In this document: piece after piece, positions 1 through 24,386 of the stretch
Layout of the letters: each line of letters opens with the position of its first letter
How positions within the stretch are numbered: position 1 is the first letter of the stretch
Position numbers and translations under genes: made by a program
The notes under the pieces: model-generated
What the model saw: only the letters and a program-made list of their open reading frames with translations
The model's database searches: none
Told to the model about the DNA's origin: nothing
From: Tubiluchus corallicola
Taxonomy: Eukaryota; Animalia; Priapulida
NCBI GenBank assembly: GCA_030141605.1
Contig: JAQGDQ010000024.1
Span: forward strand, 310,001 to 374,000
DNA: 64,000 bases
Reading direction: 5' to 3'

Positions 1-639
1 GCAACTCAAAACATCCTTCAAAAGATTAAAATGTTAAGTTTACATGCTAACATGCAGATACATCAAATTACGTTCAAAGACATAATGACATCTTATGTAG
101 GAGAATAACAGCAAAATACAAGAAAGAAAAAAGCTCAACTTCATATATGACAAATTTAAGACAATTTTTTTTAGCTCAATCGCCATATTCATGCGTACAT
201 TTGTTGATGGTTACAGTGGTCCTAAAACAGTTTAGGAATTGAGACCTTTTTTGGAATTTACTTCTTACTAATTGCAACAAAACAAATTTTGCAGTTTTAA
301 AATTAGCATTTTTTCTTTACTAATAGCAAACGTGTTTTGATGATGGACCTTGTAGCATATGCCTAAGCTATATGACAATACTCTTGGTAGTCAGCCACCT
401 GTTAACTTGCCACACTCAGTGTTGCTTAACTTTGATCACTAAATAAACTCTAAGACAACTCACAAATCTACTTACTGGCTGGATCTAGGGACATAGTAAA
501 TACATTTCTGATATTAAATGTTTAACAGTACACAAATGTACTAATGACTCTCACCACTTCATGGTATTTAGTGAATGAGGTTTATGTTCAAAATAACTTT
601 GTGGTGCAAAAGTGAACAGATAAATTAAGCTATGTTTAC

Positions 640-3600
640 CTCGTCTATGCTTTAATTCCATAACATACAGATTAACAGCAAATTTTCTGATGCCAATCTG
701 ATTTTTTACCTCCAGGATATATTTCCCGGAATCTGTTTCTTTAGCAGAACTGATTAACACAGATGTGATGTAGCAACTATTGCTGTCTGCAGAATATGGT
801 GTAATTTTGATTAATATACGATGATTCACAGACGTACTAGTTCTTAATGACGTAAGCTCTACATCAATATCACTCCATTTCCACTTAACTTTTTCATATT
901 TTGGCAGTGAACAGAATGCTAAGGAAATGTTGGCATTCTTGGCCACAGCACCTTCAAACACAAACTTGTTATTAGGCAGCAGCCTTGGGGTACCTAAAAA
1001 GTAAACATAATGATCAGTATTTATTCACTGCAATAATGACTGTGATGGCAATAATAATGAAAAGATAACAGTTAACAGTTAGTAAGTGAGATCCATTTTT
1101 CCAACTCTAAGTTTACAAGAACTAAGTAGCTCAAAAATGATTTATTAAGCTATACTGAAAAGGTAGAGCCTGCATTTAATCAAATTTATTTTAATTAATT
1201 AGCTAGTACTGATTATAATAAGCAAAATAAACTGTATGCAGACTGAGTGACATCATCTCTGTTTTTAAATATAAACCTGGTAATATTGGAATGGACAGGT
1301 AATGATTTTGTATCTCCATTATTGTTAAAAAATTTTATATAGTGGATTCTACCTTGCACTAAGCACAACTGAAGATGATGCTAATGTGGACCCAACTTCT
1401 CTTAAGTGAAACAATGTGTGGAACTTTATTTTGAATAAATTGTTAGTTATGCACCAAATCCACTTTTACCGGATCTGGATCATAGCAACAGCATCCAGGT
1501 ATCATCTGCCAAATCCATGTAGTACCTTTAATCCAGACTTTGTATGGTTTTACTTTAACTTAATAATTTTTGGGCTTCGTCGTTACACGTAATTATTTTT
1601 CTACAGTTTGCATAACATTAAAGTTCTAAAACCTAAAAACATTTATAAATTGTGTATGTGTCATTAATCAGGGTAAATGTATCCATGCTCAGAGAATCTA
1701 AATTTTATTAACACAATTTTGTAGGTGAAAAAGTTAAACTTTAAGGCTGTAGTTTGCTAAACTGTCTAGCTAATTTTACTATCTTAGTAATAAAGCTGTT
1801 TAAACCTCTGAACAAAGAACACATTAGTGTACAAAAGTAAAATACACAGTCAAAAATATCAGTTCGAATCTACCGGATATCATTTATTGAATCCGGTTCG
1901 GATTTGAATCACTAAATCCGGCCAAAGATCGTGCCGAATTCGGATCCGGTACATCATTATAAATTGATAACAGTAGCCACAATTCAGAGTCATACAGACA
2001 GCCTATTGGATGCTGCATGTTGAATGCTGCATTTTGACTGGATATAAAAGATGTACAACATTGATATTTGTACTTCAACTTCCAAAACAAGCAAAGTTAG
2101 ATAATTTTGAAATACAAAGCCATATACACATAATGTTACATACTTGTTTCAAAATTTCTATTTTGTAAATACATTTACAAAGCATGATGTATCAAAAGTA
2201 TACGCTAGAAATGTAAAGTCAAAACTTAGAACCTGTTTTGGAAATGGTTACATTAATATTATACATACTAATAATGGCAACTATCTTTTTGCCTTCCATG
2301 ATTTTGCTGCCTACGGTTATGGCAACATAACACATTTTATCACACGATGATTTTTCAGCAATACACCAACTGTTGCCATGTTTGTTGCGACATATCAGCT
2401 TCCAGATAGGAAATTTTTTTGAGACATATACTCGGAACAGTCTCTCAGAAACACTTATGTTAGTATGTCCCTAAAAACAAAACAAACAGTCATTGAGTTA
2501 TTACATTACTCTTTTACAAATAGTTGCTAAATGCCAAAAAATTTGTTGTAAAAATTTTATTTTAATAAAAAAAATTTGTTTTAATTTTAATTAATGACAG
2601 TTTTAATTTTTGAGATTATGATATCTACTTTTTCTACATGCGCAAATAGATTGAACGTTAATTTCTAAAAAATGAAAAAATTAAGTTACCCATTTAATAC
2701 TGTCTTCATTTAAATTCCAATTGATATTTAGTGATGCTTTCGCTATTCTCAAATGTGGCAAGCTCTTTAAAAATGGGTACACTAAAAACACACAAGAATA
2801 ATGAATCATTGATAGCATGAGCAGCAAGCAGTATGTTGAACATAAAGGTGTAATAAGGTATTGAAGTTAAACATGAGAAATTACCTAGATTTATTTTTTA
2901 TTCGGTTCGACTCAGTGCAAGCTAGGATTAGCACTCAACACAGAGCAGAGCCTATTGGTAATATTTATGATTGTGGTTAAAAAGGAATCGAGCTACTTCG
3001 AGAATTATCTTCTGAGATGATATACTAAGCTGGCAGAAGCGGCCTAGCCATAACTGGGTTTGGACGCATCCTCCCCAAAAGAAACAGCCAGGCAGTTTTC
3101 CCGGTAGTTTTCCATGCACTAACCAGGCTTTATAGCTTGACTTTTGCAACCAAACGCACAACATGACCACTCCGGTACTCTCCTTGCCAAGTTTTCAGGT
3201 CAAGTATCAATAAAATCGCCAGTAAAAGATTGCAAAATTCTGCAACATAGGTTTATCAGCAGTTTCAAAACATGTTTGAGCAATTTCTTGGAAGATACGT
3301 GCAAAAAAGAAACATATTATTGTGCATCTCCATTTCTCAAATCATATTCTTAAAACAACCCGAAAATATTTATAACTATGATATATTTATGACTTTTGTC
3401 GGGCAACAAATTTTATTTGGCAAAGAAAACCTGTATGACATAAAGTGCTTATTATTTTTATAGGGTCATGAAGTCTGAAATCACGATAACCTGGTCAAGC
3501 TACATCAACAAACGCTACATCAACAATATTAAATTTAATTCATATGATTAGAAATACAGAAATGTATTCAACTCTATACGTAATTCTGTTCAGCAGCTGA

Positions 3601-6600
3601 ATAGTTCACTAGACCTGTAAAGCTTTTCTTAACTTTTGTCAATTTTTTATTGTTTTCATCTTATCGGGATTGAGACCGGGTAGGTAGTGACACTAACATC
3701 AGTCATTTTCCAGACTTGGCAACAGATGGAAGCAGCTGTTATACACTTGTTTGCTTATTTGGCACGAGTTTTGAGTATTAAATAAAAAAATTATTGGGAA
3801 GATAGCACACAACATAGCCTGATTGATAGCTATAAAACAAACTTTGAATTTAATTTAATTTAAAACATTTTTCGCAGACACAGTGAAAATGGAAAAGACA
3901 AAAATTATGTTTAGAAAACGAACACCTACCAAGATTTGTCTCATAAATGCTATAATGATATTTTCCTCCACAAAAACTGTTATTAATTTTTTCTACAAAC
4001 GATCCACTACAGGGGATATCACAATATCGATCGTTCACTTCTAGCTCCACTATGGTTTCATTTCCACATTTACATTCATTGTAACGAGTTAAGGCTGCAT
4101 ACTTGTAAGCTAGAAAGAAAGTGCAAACAGTAATTATTAATGTGCTCTTACATACTGCAGGACCAGAAATTAACAGAGCCTAAAATTCTATAAAACTCTT
4201 AAAACATTTCTGTCTTGTTCTTAACTGGTATATTGCTATTGTAGTAAGAATTTAAGAACCCTGTACATTGCATCTTACTATAGTTTAGAAATAAGCATGT
4301 AAAGTGTGGTACTCACCAGAAGGTCATGGTGGAAAGAACAAACCGCGGATAAAAGATTATGCAAGAAGATTATGGTCTATTGATTTACCTTAATGCACCA
4401 TTTCTCAAAATTAAAAACTTTACTAGTTAATTTTATAACTGCAGCTTGTTTGGTTTTTGTTGCATTAAACTGCTGAAGGTATATGACAGTTTATATGTTT
4501 GCTAACAAAATATTGGTAATACTGGCACTGCTACATTTTTACTGGTCTTTCTAAATAGACGAACTTCACACAAGAGACTCAGTGCAAATATCCCATTCCT
4601 TTAGTCTTGCTCACTGTGCAAGTATTTTCATTCTCCATTAATTATAGAGGACAATTGGCAAACATGCAGACAATTTACCTTTGGTCCTCAAATAAAGTGA
4701 AATACCTTTGGAATAGCAATAATGAACACATACAGCCGGTGACATGGTTATCAGCCGAATAGTTGAAGATTCATCGAAGAAATAACTAGCATTTGACGGA
4801 TAGCAACCGGATCCTAGCTTGCTTCCTGGTACTGGCACTTTAAAGTCGTAAAAATTATTATTTACCTTTCAGGTTTTTAAAAGTTAGTAATATAGTGAAG
4901 CAAAAAAGGGTTAAAATATGCTTAATAATGTGAGATGTGCTATAACATGTGGCATAGAGTCACATCTCAGGTTTTACAATTACTTATGATTAAAAAACTT
5001 ACAAATATAAGAAAATCAAGACCAGGTTATTAACATTTGAAAAATTGATACAAAAAGTGCTACTTACTGCCAGTGTTGTAGATAGCGTTAGCTTCACTAA
5101 ATGCGCACAGAAATGTTGAATCTTGAATACAGATTTTGCAGGCCCCTTCTACGCCTGGACCATGCCATCCATACATATTTCCACATGTACAAGTCAACAG
5201 AATGTCGCTTTGTCTTAGACCAGCATACAGATAACCCATCTTCAAACACGACAGGATGCAATTTTTTGGATTGTCTGCAATTAAGCTTGCACCAGAAAGA
5301 TCTTCTTCACCCAGAATTTCGCGAAAGCAGCCAAGGTAAATGTAACCCTTTCCTAAAACAAAGTTCGTGTTAGAAAATACTTAAATATGACTATGTATAG
5401 ATTACCTAGGATGAGGTTACGAATAGTGTATTTAATATGCATAATACACCACCCAGTGTTTCAAGTAGTCAACACTACACAAAAAAGTACCAATGGATAA
5501 CACTACATTGCCAAATTTGTCTAATTTGCCAAATGTTATTAAAACATTCAATGGATGTTAGGTCAGCACAAGCTTTTGATCTTGCATTCAGTTCTTTAAT
5601 CGGCATTTTAATACTAGTTTATTATATTTTAGTCTTGCACAAAACTTCCAGAAAATTTACTCGAGTCAAGTCACAAACTTTGGAAACTTTTGAAATTATT
5701 CATCTGAATGAGATTATAAACTTTTCAGAAAGTAGACTTCGAGACACAAGATACCAATGATATTCATTTAAAAAGCTTTGGTTAGAATTATAAGTTCACA
5801 CCATCGTTGGTTTTCTGGTGAAGAGTAGATAGGTACCAATTTGACACCTTTTTCTCAGACATCATAGTTGAATAACTAATTATTTGTTTAAATTTCATTT
5901 GTTCTAAACTTTTAATGAATGAATAAAAATCATTAATTTAAAAAACACTTAATTCTCAAATCCCACAGTTAAAAAACAAGAAAGAAAGAAAGGAAGAACA
6001 TAGCATTTTAAACTATGACTACAAAAGAGAAAAAATCACGAGGCATTACTAGAAGAAGAAGTAGTTCACCTGAAGAAAACTACAGTGCTAGTTTGAAACA
6101 CTGTACCCTTTCTTTCTCTGCTTGCTTTAAATTGTGTTATGTTTATTCATTGTCACCATTCTTGTCGTTAGGAATTAATCGGTGTCATCCTATACTGTTG
6201 GTATTTGATTCAACCCTTTGGTGTTAGTTTGATAGCCTATGTAGATTTTTTATCAATTCAGTTGAGCAGTTATGGAAACCTATTGCTTAAACTTTGTTTA
6301 AATAGTAGTACGTATGCAATAGGCTATTAAAAGTTTTGCCTACACAAACAACTGATTCAAATGCTGTTATAGTTTGCTATTGCTAAATCTATACATACGT
6401 GATTAATTAAAAATATAGTACATGCTAAAAGCAGCTAAATAATATTGGCTATAATTGGATTCAGTAGCATGCACTAAATAAAATGCTGCTTGTCGCCATA
6501 GAATTACTTAATGATAATTGTGACTGTAAGTCAGGAAACAAAATTATTGTAAAGTACTAAAATACTGTAATTAATTATATGCTTAGTAATTACTATTGTT

Positions 6601-6736
6601 TTTAAACTGTAAATAAACAAATAAGACTATATAAAATCTTACCGCACAATACTTTGCATGTGGAAGAAATTATGATAAAAACATAGGCTAGCAGCCTAGC
6701 AGTGTTTCCCATAATCCACAATGTTATTGTTTTCAT
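640..6736 (-). CDS. Secreted or cell-surface protein: signal peptide, two WSC domains, linker and Ig-like domain (3' end continues beyond the left edge)
   Basis: Phase-consistent GT-AG exons 6736-6643 (MKTITLWIMGNTARLLAYVFIIISSTCKVLC, signal-like), 5352-5068 (YLGCFRE..NCILSCLKMGYLYAGL..CTCGN..C..C..AIYNTG, WSC1), 4837-4706 plus 4109-3930 (GCYP..MSPAVCVHYCYSKAYKYAAL..ECKCGN..CDIPCSG..CGG..SIYET, WSC2), 2781-2690, 2470-2269 (or 2233, also in phase) and 993-640 (FCSLP..VKWKW..LISSAKETDSGKYILEVKNQIG, Ig-like DSGxY motif). Confidence 0.85.
1444..1959. mobile_element. hAT-type MITE in an intron
   Basis: Imperfect TIRs TAGTTATGCACC / GGTACATCATTA, subterminal GGATCCG/ATCCGG-like repeats, and an 8-bp target-site duplication TAAATTGT (1436-1443) / TAAATTGA (1960-1967). 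Confidence 0.75.
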
Positions 6737-6862
6737 ATGAACAATCCGCCTATAAAATAAATTTGGTAAAGAATGCAAAATTACTGTGACATAATTTAAA
6801 ATATTATTCTACCAGTAACTTAACTCAAAAAGGAAAAAAAAAGTAAATTCACCTAAACTTAC

Positions 6863-6916
6863 CCAAGGTCTGATCATAAAGAACAGCAAAGGTCGTACTA
6901 GTACCATTTTCTAGTC
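6863..6916 (-). other. Upstream (5' leader) exon of the WSC-Ig gene carrying a uORF start
   Basis: On the minus strand: acceptor gtttacag, donor TGG|gtaagt at 6862, and ATG at 6907-6905. Confidence 0.55.
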
Positions 6917-8861
6917 TGTAAACACAAGACAGATTATACATTTGTCAAGTATAAGAAGCTAATTAGTTTAACATAATATGCAGGTAGTGTTAAGAACATC
7001 TACTTTTTTCATCTACCTGTAATCTACATCTACTTTTGCAGCATCTACATGTATCTACATCTACTTTGTGTAACACCGATTTTGGAAAAGGAAATTTTAT
7101 TTTTTCTTATAACTCATGCTTGCCAAGATTGAAGTCATGTTAATCACATCAGCAAAATTAGACTGCTGCTTCTTATGGCTTAAGTGGTTGCTTCTTTCCT
7201 TGAGTAATTACTGTCTGTTGTTGGATACTTATTGTTCTCAAGAATAATAAGTTTTTATTTTTGCATATACCTGTAAAAAGATTACCAGACAATTATAAAT
7301 TTATTATTACATGTATTATTAAAATCAACATAGCAAATTCAACTTTGACATAATTATTTTTCTGGGAGAAATATTTCAGTGGCCTACTATTGCCTATTTA
7401 GACCTAAAATCTTTTATTTCATACTGAGTAATTAGCCTGGCAAATGCCTAGCAAGCAAAGCCATAAAACATGGATGTTGTTAAATTCTTTGACCACTTAT
7501 TAAAGGGTTGCTGGTTTCTTAGTCTTGTTTTTTAAATATTACATCCTGCATGTATCTACTGGTGATCTGTTTGGCTGCCAACTGGTGTCAGATATTTCCG
7601 CTAGCTGTGTGTCAAGGTAGCTTACAGTCGGTGGTATAGGGTGAAAATGTTCTAATTTTAGTTATTACCAACTATTTAATACGCTGTTATAAATTTTTGT
7701 TGCTATTTGTTTTTGTGTATAGTTTATCATACTTGTTAGTTTTTCAAAATTTCGCTCATTTCATTCTTGTATTATTGTAAATGTCTAAAATTTCATTCAT
7801 TCTGTGTTCCCGTATTAAACAGCAGTCGTCTGTGTATCGTTTATTGTGTACCAAATACTGTATGCAGTTAAGGTATATGCAACAGCAAAAACATGGCATG
7901 TTTTTACTTTTTATGCATACAAGATGGTCGAGATACGAGATAAATTAACCAATGAACAAATCAGGAAAGTGGAATAATTATTAAAACAGTAATAACTGTT
8001 TACACTAGTATTAGTTACAGCTTGGTACTCCACAAGATCTAGCTCTCACCTGCAAGAAGAGACCCACTAATCCCAACAATCTAGTTCATTTAACGTTTTT
8101 GAAAAATATCCAGACTTGATGTCTCTTGGGGTTAAGATTTCTGCTACAGTGCAAAGTAGGTGTTAAACTGAAGGAAACTTTTATTTTCATTTTGCACGAC
8201 AATGCAGGTCGTTCACGGCAACAAAAGATGCGCAGGTGAATTCAATAAATAATTAGAACCGCGGTTTAATGGTTCAAGTGTTTGGCACTTGAGTTTGGCC
8301 CATTAATAATTTAAGAAAAACGGGAAATAGATAAAATCCAAGTTAACACTTGTCTTAAGAATGATTGGGCTGAACACGTAATTACGACGCCTATCATACT
8401 GTCATTACACCTGCTAATGTCTTACATCTTGGGCAACTACTGTGCAATGTAAACTCTTCACTGTACTGGAAAATGAGATACAACTTTTTTTAACTTTCAA
8501 GGTTTAACTTTCACAAAATTCGACTAGTCCAATTTACCGCTTTCGATTGATATACCTTAGTTACGCGCATTTATAGGTTATGCAAACTAGTACGGACAAC
8601 TCATCGCCGACAATCGACTGCAGCGGTCACAGGCAACGCGTTTCCATTTACAGCGACTACTGCACAGTTACTAGTCAGCTCTCGCTTTGAGAACGAGAGC
8701 TGAGTCACTCAGCTGACTCCATGATATTTTATTATGAAGCTACATAAGAAGCTGACAGCTGACTAGCATTCTCTAATATTAACACACTAGTGACACTAGA
8801 ATACTGGTAAGTCCAAATTCAGGAAAATCTTTGGAGATTTGCAAACATCGATGAGTGACAA

Positions 8862-9495
8862 CATAGGTGCCAGCAAGCGGACGCACTGACGTACATGCGT
8901 CCACAGAATTTCTTATGAATTTTTTTTTGCGTGGGCCCCCAGTTCACAGTAGTAGTGAAATCATGAGTCACGAGTTTGAGGTGACACAATGAGTTTTAAA
9001 CTAGTGACCTTGCATGAGGAAATAGCTTCTGGCAACCGCAAAATGGTCTATAATGCAGTAAAATATTGCATCTAGCTGTGGCCGGTGGGAATAATTAGCA
9101 CACACGCAAACATATTAAATTTTGTATGAACAGTTTGTGGTCTGTATTAAGTCTCAAATCGGTTTTATGTTTGACTATCCACGTTTTGCTAGGTAGACAA
9201 ACTTGACACAAAATAAATTTAGTTTTATTAATGGGTCATCTGCATTGCAGTGTATTACGAACTTGCTTTTAAGATATGTGACTACTACAATAGAATACAA
9301 TGTATTACCTAGGTACATGTAGGTAAAATATATTTATTAAGGCAGAATTTTTCACTTTTGGGGAAGTCTATGTACCAGAATTCGGATCTCACTTGAGGTC
9401 TCCAAAATGTGCTTAAATACAACTAAATGCGTTGGTGGCCCCGATACCCCTAGCTGCTTGTGCGTCCAATTTTTTAACCTCTGTTGGCGCCCATG
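8862..9495. mobile_element. hAT-type MITE between divergently oriented genes
   Basis: TIRs CATAGGTGCCAGCA / TGTTGGCGCCCATG; degenerate 8-bp TSD AGTGACAA / AGCGACGA. Confidence 0.65.
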
Positions 9496-10438
9496 AGCGA
9501 CGATGTTACTAACTTTGATATTATTCAACACACAACACCTCAAATTGCGAAATTGCAAAAAAGAAATCATTTAAAGAACATCCACACATATTCCCTGGAA
9601 CATTAATGATCCACCCTGTATCGGCTGTTTTTAAGACTGACTATAAAATACAAAATACAGTATTAAAGCAATCTTTCTTAACTCTGCAATTCGCTCAAAA
9701 ACTAACTAGGATACAAAAAAAAGAATCAAAGTAGTGTAGCTATCAACATCAGCATTAAGGAATTAAGTGATGTTGGATTCTTCAGAAATTGGGACTTTTA
9801 CTGGCTGTTAATGGACTTAATACTTATCAATATGAATTAATAAATTAGAGTAATAATAAGTGCTTGTATGTATTTCTTTCTCTTATTATTTGTTTAACTG
9901 TAAATTCTTAATTCACGATTGCAAATTTAGCGTTATTATGCTTTAGTTCTGTTTCTCTTATACAGCACTCTTGTTCTTACTGAAATAAATAAATAACTGA
10001 ATAAAGAAGTAAATAAGAACAGTAGTAATTAAAGTATACGTGCAATTATTATCGACTAGGACTTTCATCGAGGGTCTGTGTAACTAGCTTGTTTACGGAT
10101 AGCCAGAACTTGGCAGTTAACCAAAAATGCATGTCACAACATCATCAATTTATATCTCACGTCTTAATAAATAAGGTTCAAAGGTTGAATTGGGGTATGT
10201 GTAACTTTGCAGCAGCAGGTTGTAGTCTCATATACCTTTAACAGTGTTTATAAATAAAGCTTATTACTTGTTTTGAAATACAGAATTTATATTTGAGTAA
10301 TCAATGCTAACACATTACTGTTGTTGTATAAATTCATGAATGAATAATACTGTAAACGTGATTAATACAGGATAATAATATGGTATAGTCAATAGTTATC
10401 CTACTTGTGAAGTAACTATTTAAGTGATATCATCTAAC

Positions 10439-11068
10439 ATGGCTAATGGTGTAAGCAAGTCGGGTCAGACTGTTCTGCCATATGAAGCGCTGGTCGAAGA
10501 ATCTCCATTTCCACCTTCAACAGAAAATGCTCCACAATTCAAGAAGACCTGGTTAAAATCTACAGTAATTCTGCCATCTACAGCCATTTTCGTACTATCA
10601 GTAATGGAAATACTCGTTGGGATTGCTGTGGTCATCCTGGAGAGAGTCCATATGATGAGAGTTACAGCAACATCAGCAATGATCGGCCAAGGAACCGTTA
10701 CAGGAGTACTGCTGGTTACCACCGGGGTCACAGGAATCGTTGCGGCAAGATACAATATCAAAATGCACATCATTCTGCTAGCTGTTGTAAATGGCACTGC
10801 AGCCTGTATGAGTGTTGTCATAGTCATAACCAGCATCGAAGTCTTGGCAGGAGGATTCCAAGCAGCTGGTTTCACTCTTGTTGTATTATCAGCGTCAGCG
10901 GTCTTAACAACCATTGCTGTCTTTGCATTGTGCTGCAAGTCATTGTTATTTACAATATCATACAAATCAGTGTTTGCGTCAGAGACTTGCATATATGACA
11001 GAAGCCAGTCGCAAATTTCTACCATTGACACAAGTGATCCTCGAAAAATTCAAGAAGTGTTGTACTGA
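10439..11068 (+). CDS. Intronless four-transmembrane protein, MS4A/CD20-like (tetraspan) topology, 209 aa
   Basis: ATG at 10439, TGA at 11066-11068. Four hydrophobic segments (AIFVLSVMEILVGIAVVIL; GTVTGVLLVTTGVTGIVAA; IILLAVVNGTAACMSVVIVI; FTLVVLSASAVLTTIAVFALCC). The E-I-L-x-G motif in TM1, G-rich TM2, Asn in TM3 and juxtamembrane CC match the CD20/MS4A-like pattern. Confidence 0.75.
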   Translation: MANGVSKSGQTVLPYEALVEESPFPPSTENAPQFKKTWLKSTVILPSTAIFVLSVMEILVGIAVVILERVHMMRVTATSAMIGQGTVTGVLLVTTGVTGIVAARYNIKMHIILLAVVNGTAACMSVVIVITSIEVLAGGFQAAGFTLVVLSASAVLTTIAVFALCCKSLLFTISYKSVFASETCIYDRSQSQISTIDTSDPRKIQEVLY

Positions 11069-13701
11069 ACAGCTTCTCACGAGACAGCGTAAGATGCAGA
11101 ACTAGTAAATTTGAACCCACTGTTTATGAAATGCAAACGTGGAAATACAGAGTGTTTCACATTAAATGTGAAATGTGCTCATATTATTATGTTGGAATAT
11201 TCTGACAGAATGACAATGAATGTTGTTGAGTCAATGTTGTTGAATATTAAAAAAATATGCTACGATAACAACCGCAAGTATTTGCCGTTAACTCAGAGTG
11301 CAGACATAAGAGGGAACGACACTGCATCGTAGGAAAGACACGTTTAACAAAGTTCATCAGGTTGGATAGGCTTTAATTGAATGATATTTTTATTTTTTCC
11401 CAAAATGAACATGGACTTCTGCATTATGACATCATATTGTTGTAAAACAAATTAGGTAACATAAACTCAATTTTCGTTTCATATAATGAATATCTATATG
11501 TATATTCCAATAATGTACACCCTGTATAACTGGATTTATGTGTTGCTGGAAATACATACGTATTTATTTGAAGTCTATCTGGAAGTGATTAAAAGCCAAT
11601 GCAATACCAATCTACTTCCAAAGGAAAACTTCTGAAGGGTAAAATACCCATTGTTACTAACTGTGAAACATCAATATAAAATTGACGCAAATGGAAAATC
11701 TCACGTTGACGCCAGGATTTAGCGCAATGTGGACGATTGTGGTAGGACCGGAATCTACGTGTCTAAACGAAACCAACAACGAAAATTTAAGTTAACCTAT
11801 AGCATGAACAGTCACAAAAAATTAGAAACAAAAAGAAAGAAAAAGGCCTTAAGAATACCCGAATTATTAAACACTGAGACAGATTAAACAATCTTTTAAA
11901 ACGGTTTTCGTTAAAGTTTGAGTTAACTTTCTAATTTATTGTTCACCATGCCGTACCATAAATTATCATATTTTATCAAAAAATGTCAAGTAAAGATAGA
12001 CTTCACATATTTAATGCATAGCAAAGAGAAAAAGGTTATTATTATACGGAGCTGGCTTGGCTATTGGGAATTAAAATTGAACGTTAAATGTCATGTATTG
12101 CGCATAATAATTAATAAATATTCATCTATTTGGCAAGCTTTTATTAGTCTATAAGCATTCCTATGTGTATCAGAAGTAATTTGTATTTAACACAATACCA
12201 AAAATGCAAAATCCCACAATACCAATAATGCAAAAATGCAAAAGGTGTTTCACACATACAAAGCTGTGTTATAAACACAATAAAACAATAAATTACGGTT
12301 TAATATGCAATTAAACCAAAATTACTTTTTGGCAGCGTTAATGTTTCTTACGTGCCCAATCAGTTTCTTTATTTATTTTTAGATTTCAAGTAACAATATG
12401 TCACCCATCAATATGTAAGATTTTAAAGTGATATGTATGGTGATTCTAGCTGTGTAATTTTAGCATGATGTACACTGGTCACTACATTGAGGTAATATGC
12501 CTTGCTTAAAAAAATAGTTAGCATCTTGGTGTTTTACGTCATATACATAAGCATGCAAAAAGTGAAACTTTTTACGTTTTAAAAACCGATATTTAGTTTT
12601 TATTTATCATAAATATCATAAGAATGACAATTTACATAAAACAATATCTGCCACAATTCATGAACGATATATAAAGACAGACGGCTGTTAATATATACAC
12701 TTTTGTTTTTATTAACTTTTTAATAGTTACAGTACTGCTATGTTTCATCTATAAAAATGATGTTTCAGATGACAAAGCTATTATTTTGGCCAGTCACATA
12801 TGGTAGAAGTTGTTATAAGTGTTTTGCACTCAGACCATTACAAACATAAATATAATTAAAAAAGATAAAGATAGCCAATGAAATATAAACTAAGTTTTAT
12901 TATGTGGCAATAGACTAAAAGATCTAGTTTAGACACAGAATCAGATAATTTTTATTGTTTACATTCACACACAGTTAATATTCTTGGAAATAATTGAGCT
13001 TCAACACTTCAATAAGTGTGTGTACATGTACTGCGCTAGAATATTAGTAATAAACATAAACACAAAGAGCATGTGATTAGAAGTAAATATTGACACAGTT
13101 GTGATAGATGTTAGCTGTAATACCTCAAATTACCACTAAACCATGTCCATAAACTTAGACCATGTCAATAGAGTTGCCCTCCCCATCAAATTTATGACAC
13201 AAACGTTTAATACCCAATTAGTGTACCCGCTTTAACAATTATGCGCACTTAACTAGTTTTATGAAAACTACAGTAACAAAAACATAAAAGATAAAATAAA
13301 ATTATAGTACATCAAATATAGGCCATTTATATGATCACATATAAACAAATTAATCTTTTAATTCAAGCAACTCGACAGCAATGCAAAGTCTATAAAATCT
13401 ATAAAATGCGGTATAAAATTTATCCAGAGAGAAGGACAGAGCCTTTCTCAGGCTGACTTTGCTCCAGTTAAAGTTTCAACTATTTGCTGCAAATGCATTA
13501 TTCTAGAATACAAACGTGTTGCAAACAATAACATGCTGTTATTGTGGTACAAATTATATTTTATACATAATGCACTAAGTAAACTGTACTAAGAGAACCT
13601 GTTAGTCAACGTAAGTTTGCATTAATCAATGGATTTATATTGCTGCTGTGCTAAAAAATTTTTAATCTACTAAATAAAGGCAAGTACTGTACAGGTTACA
13701 G

Positions 13702-24386
<10,685 letters not shown>

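Noticed and set aside
1368-1420. CTGAAGATG...GAAAC resembling a Penelope-type hammerhead ribozyme
   Set aside because: Stem II and stems I/III cannot be formed convincingly; at most a decayed remnant.
10465-11031. 188-aa antisense ORF over the MS4A-like gene
   Set aside because: Shadow ORF in codon register with a real CDS; no independent features.
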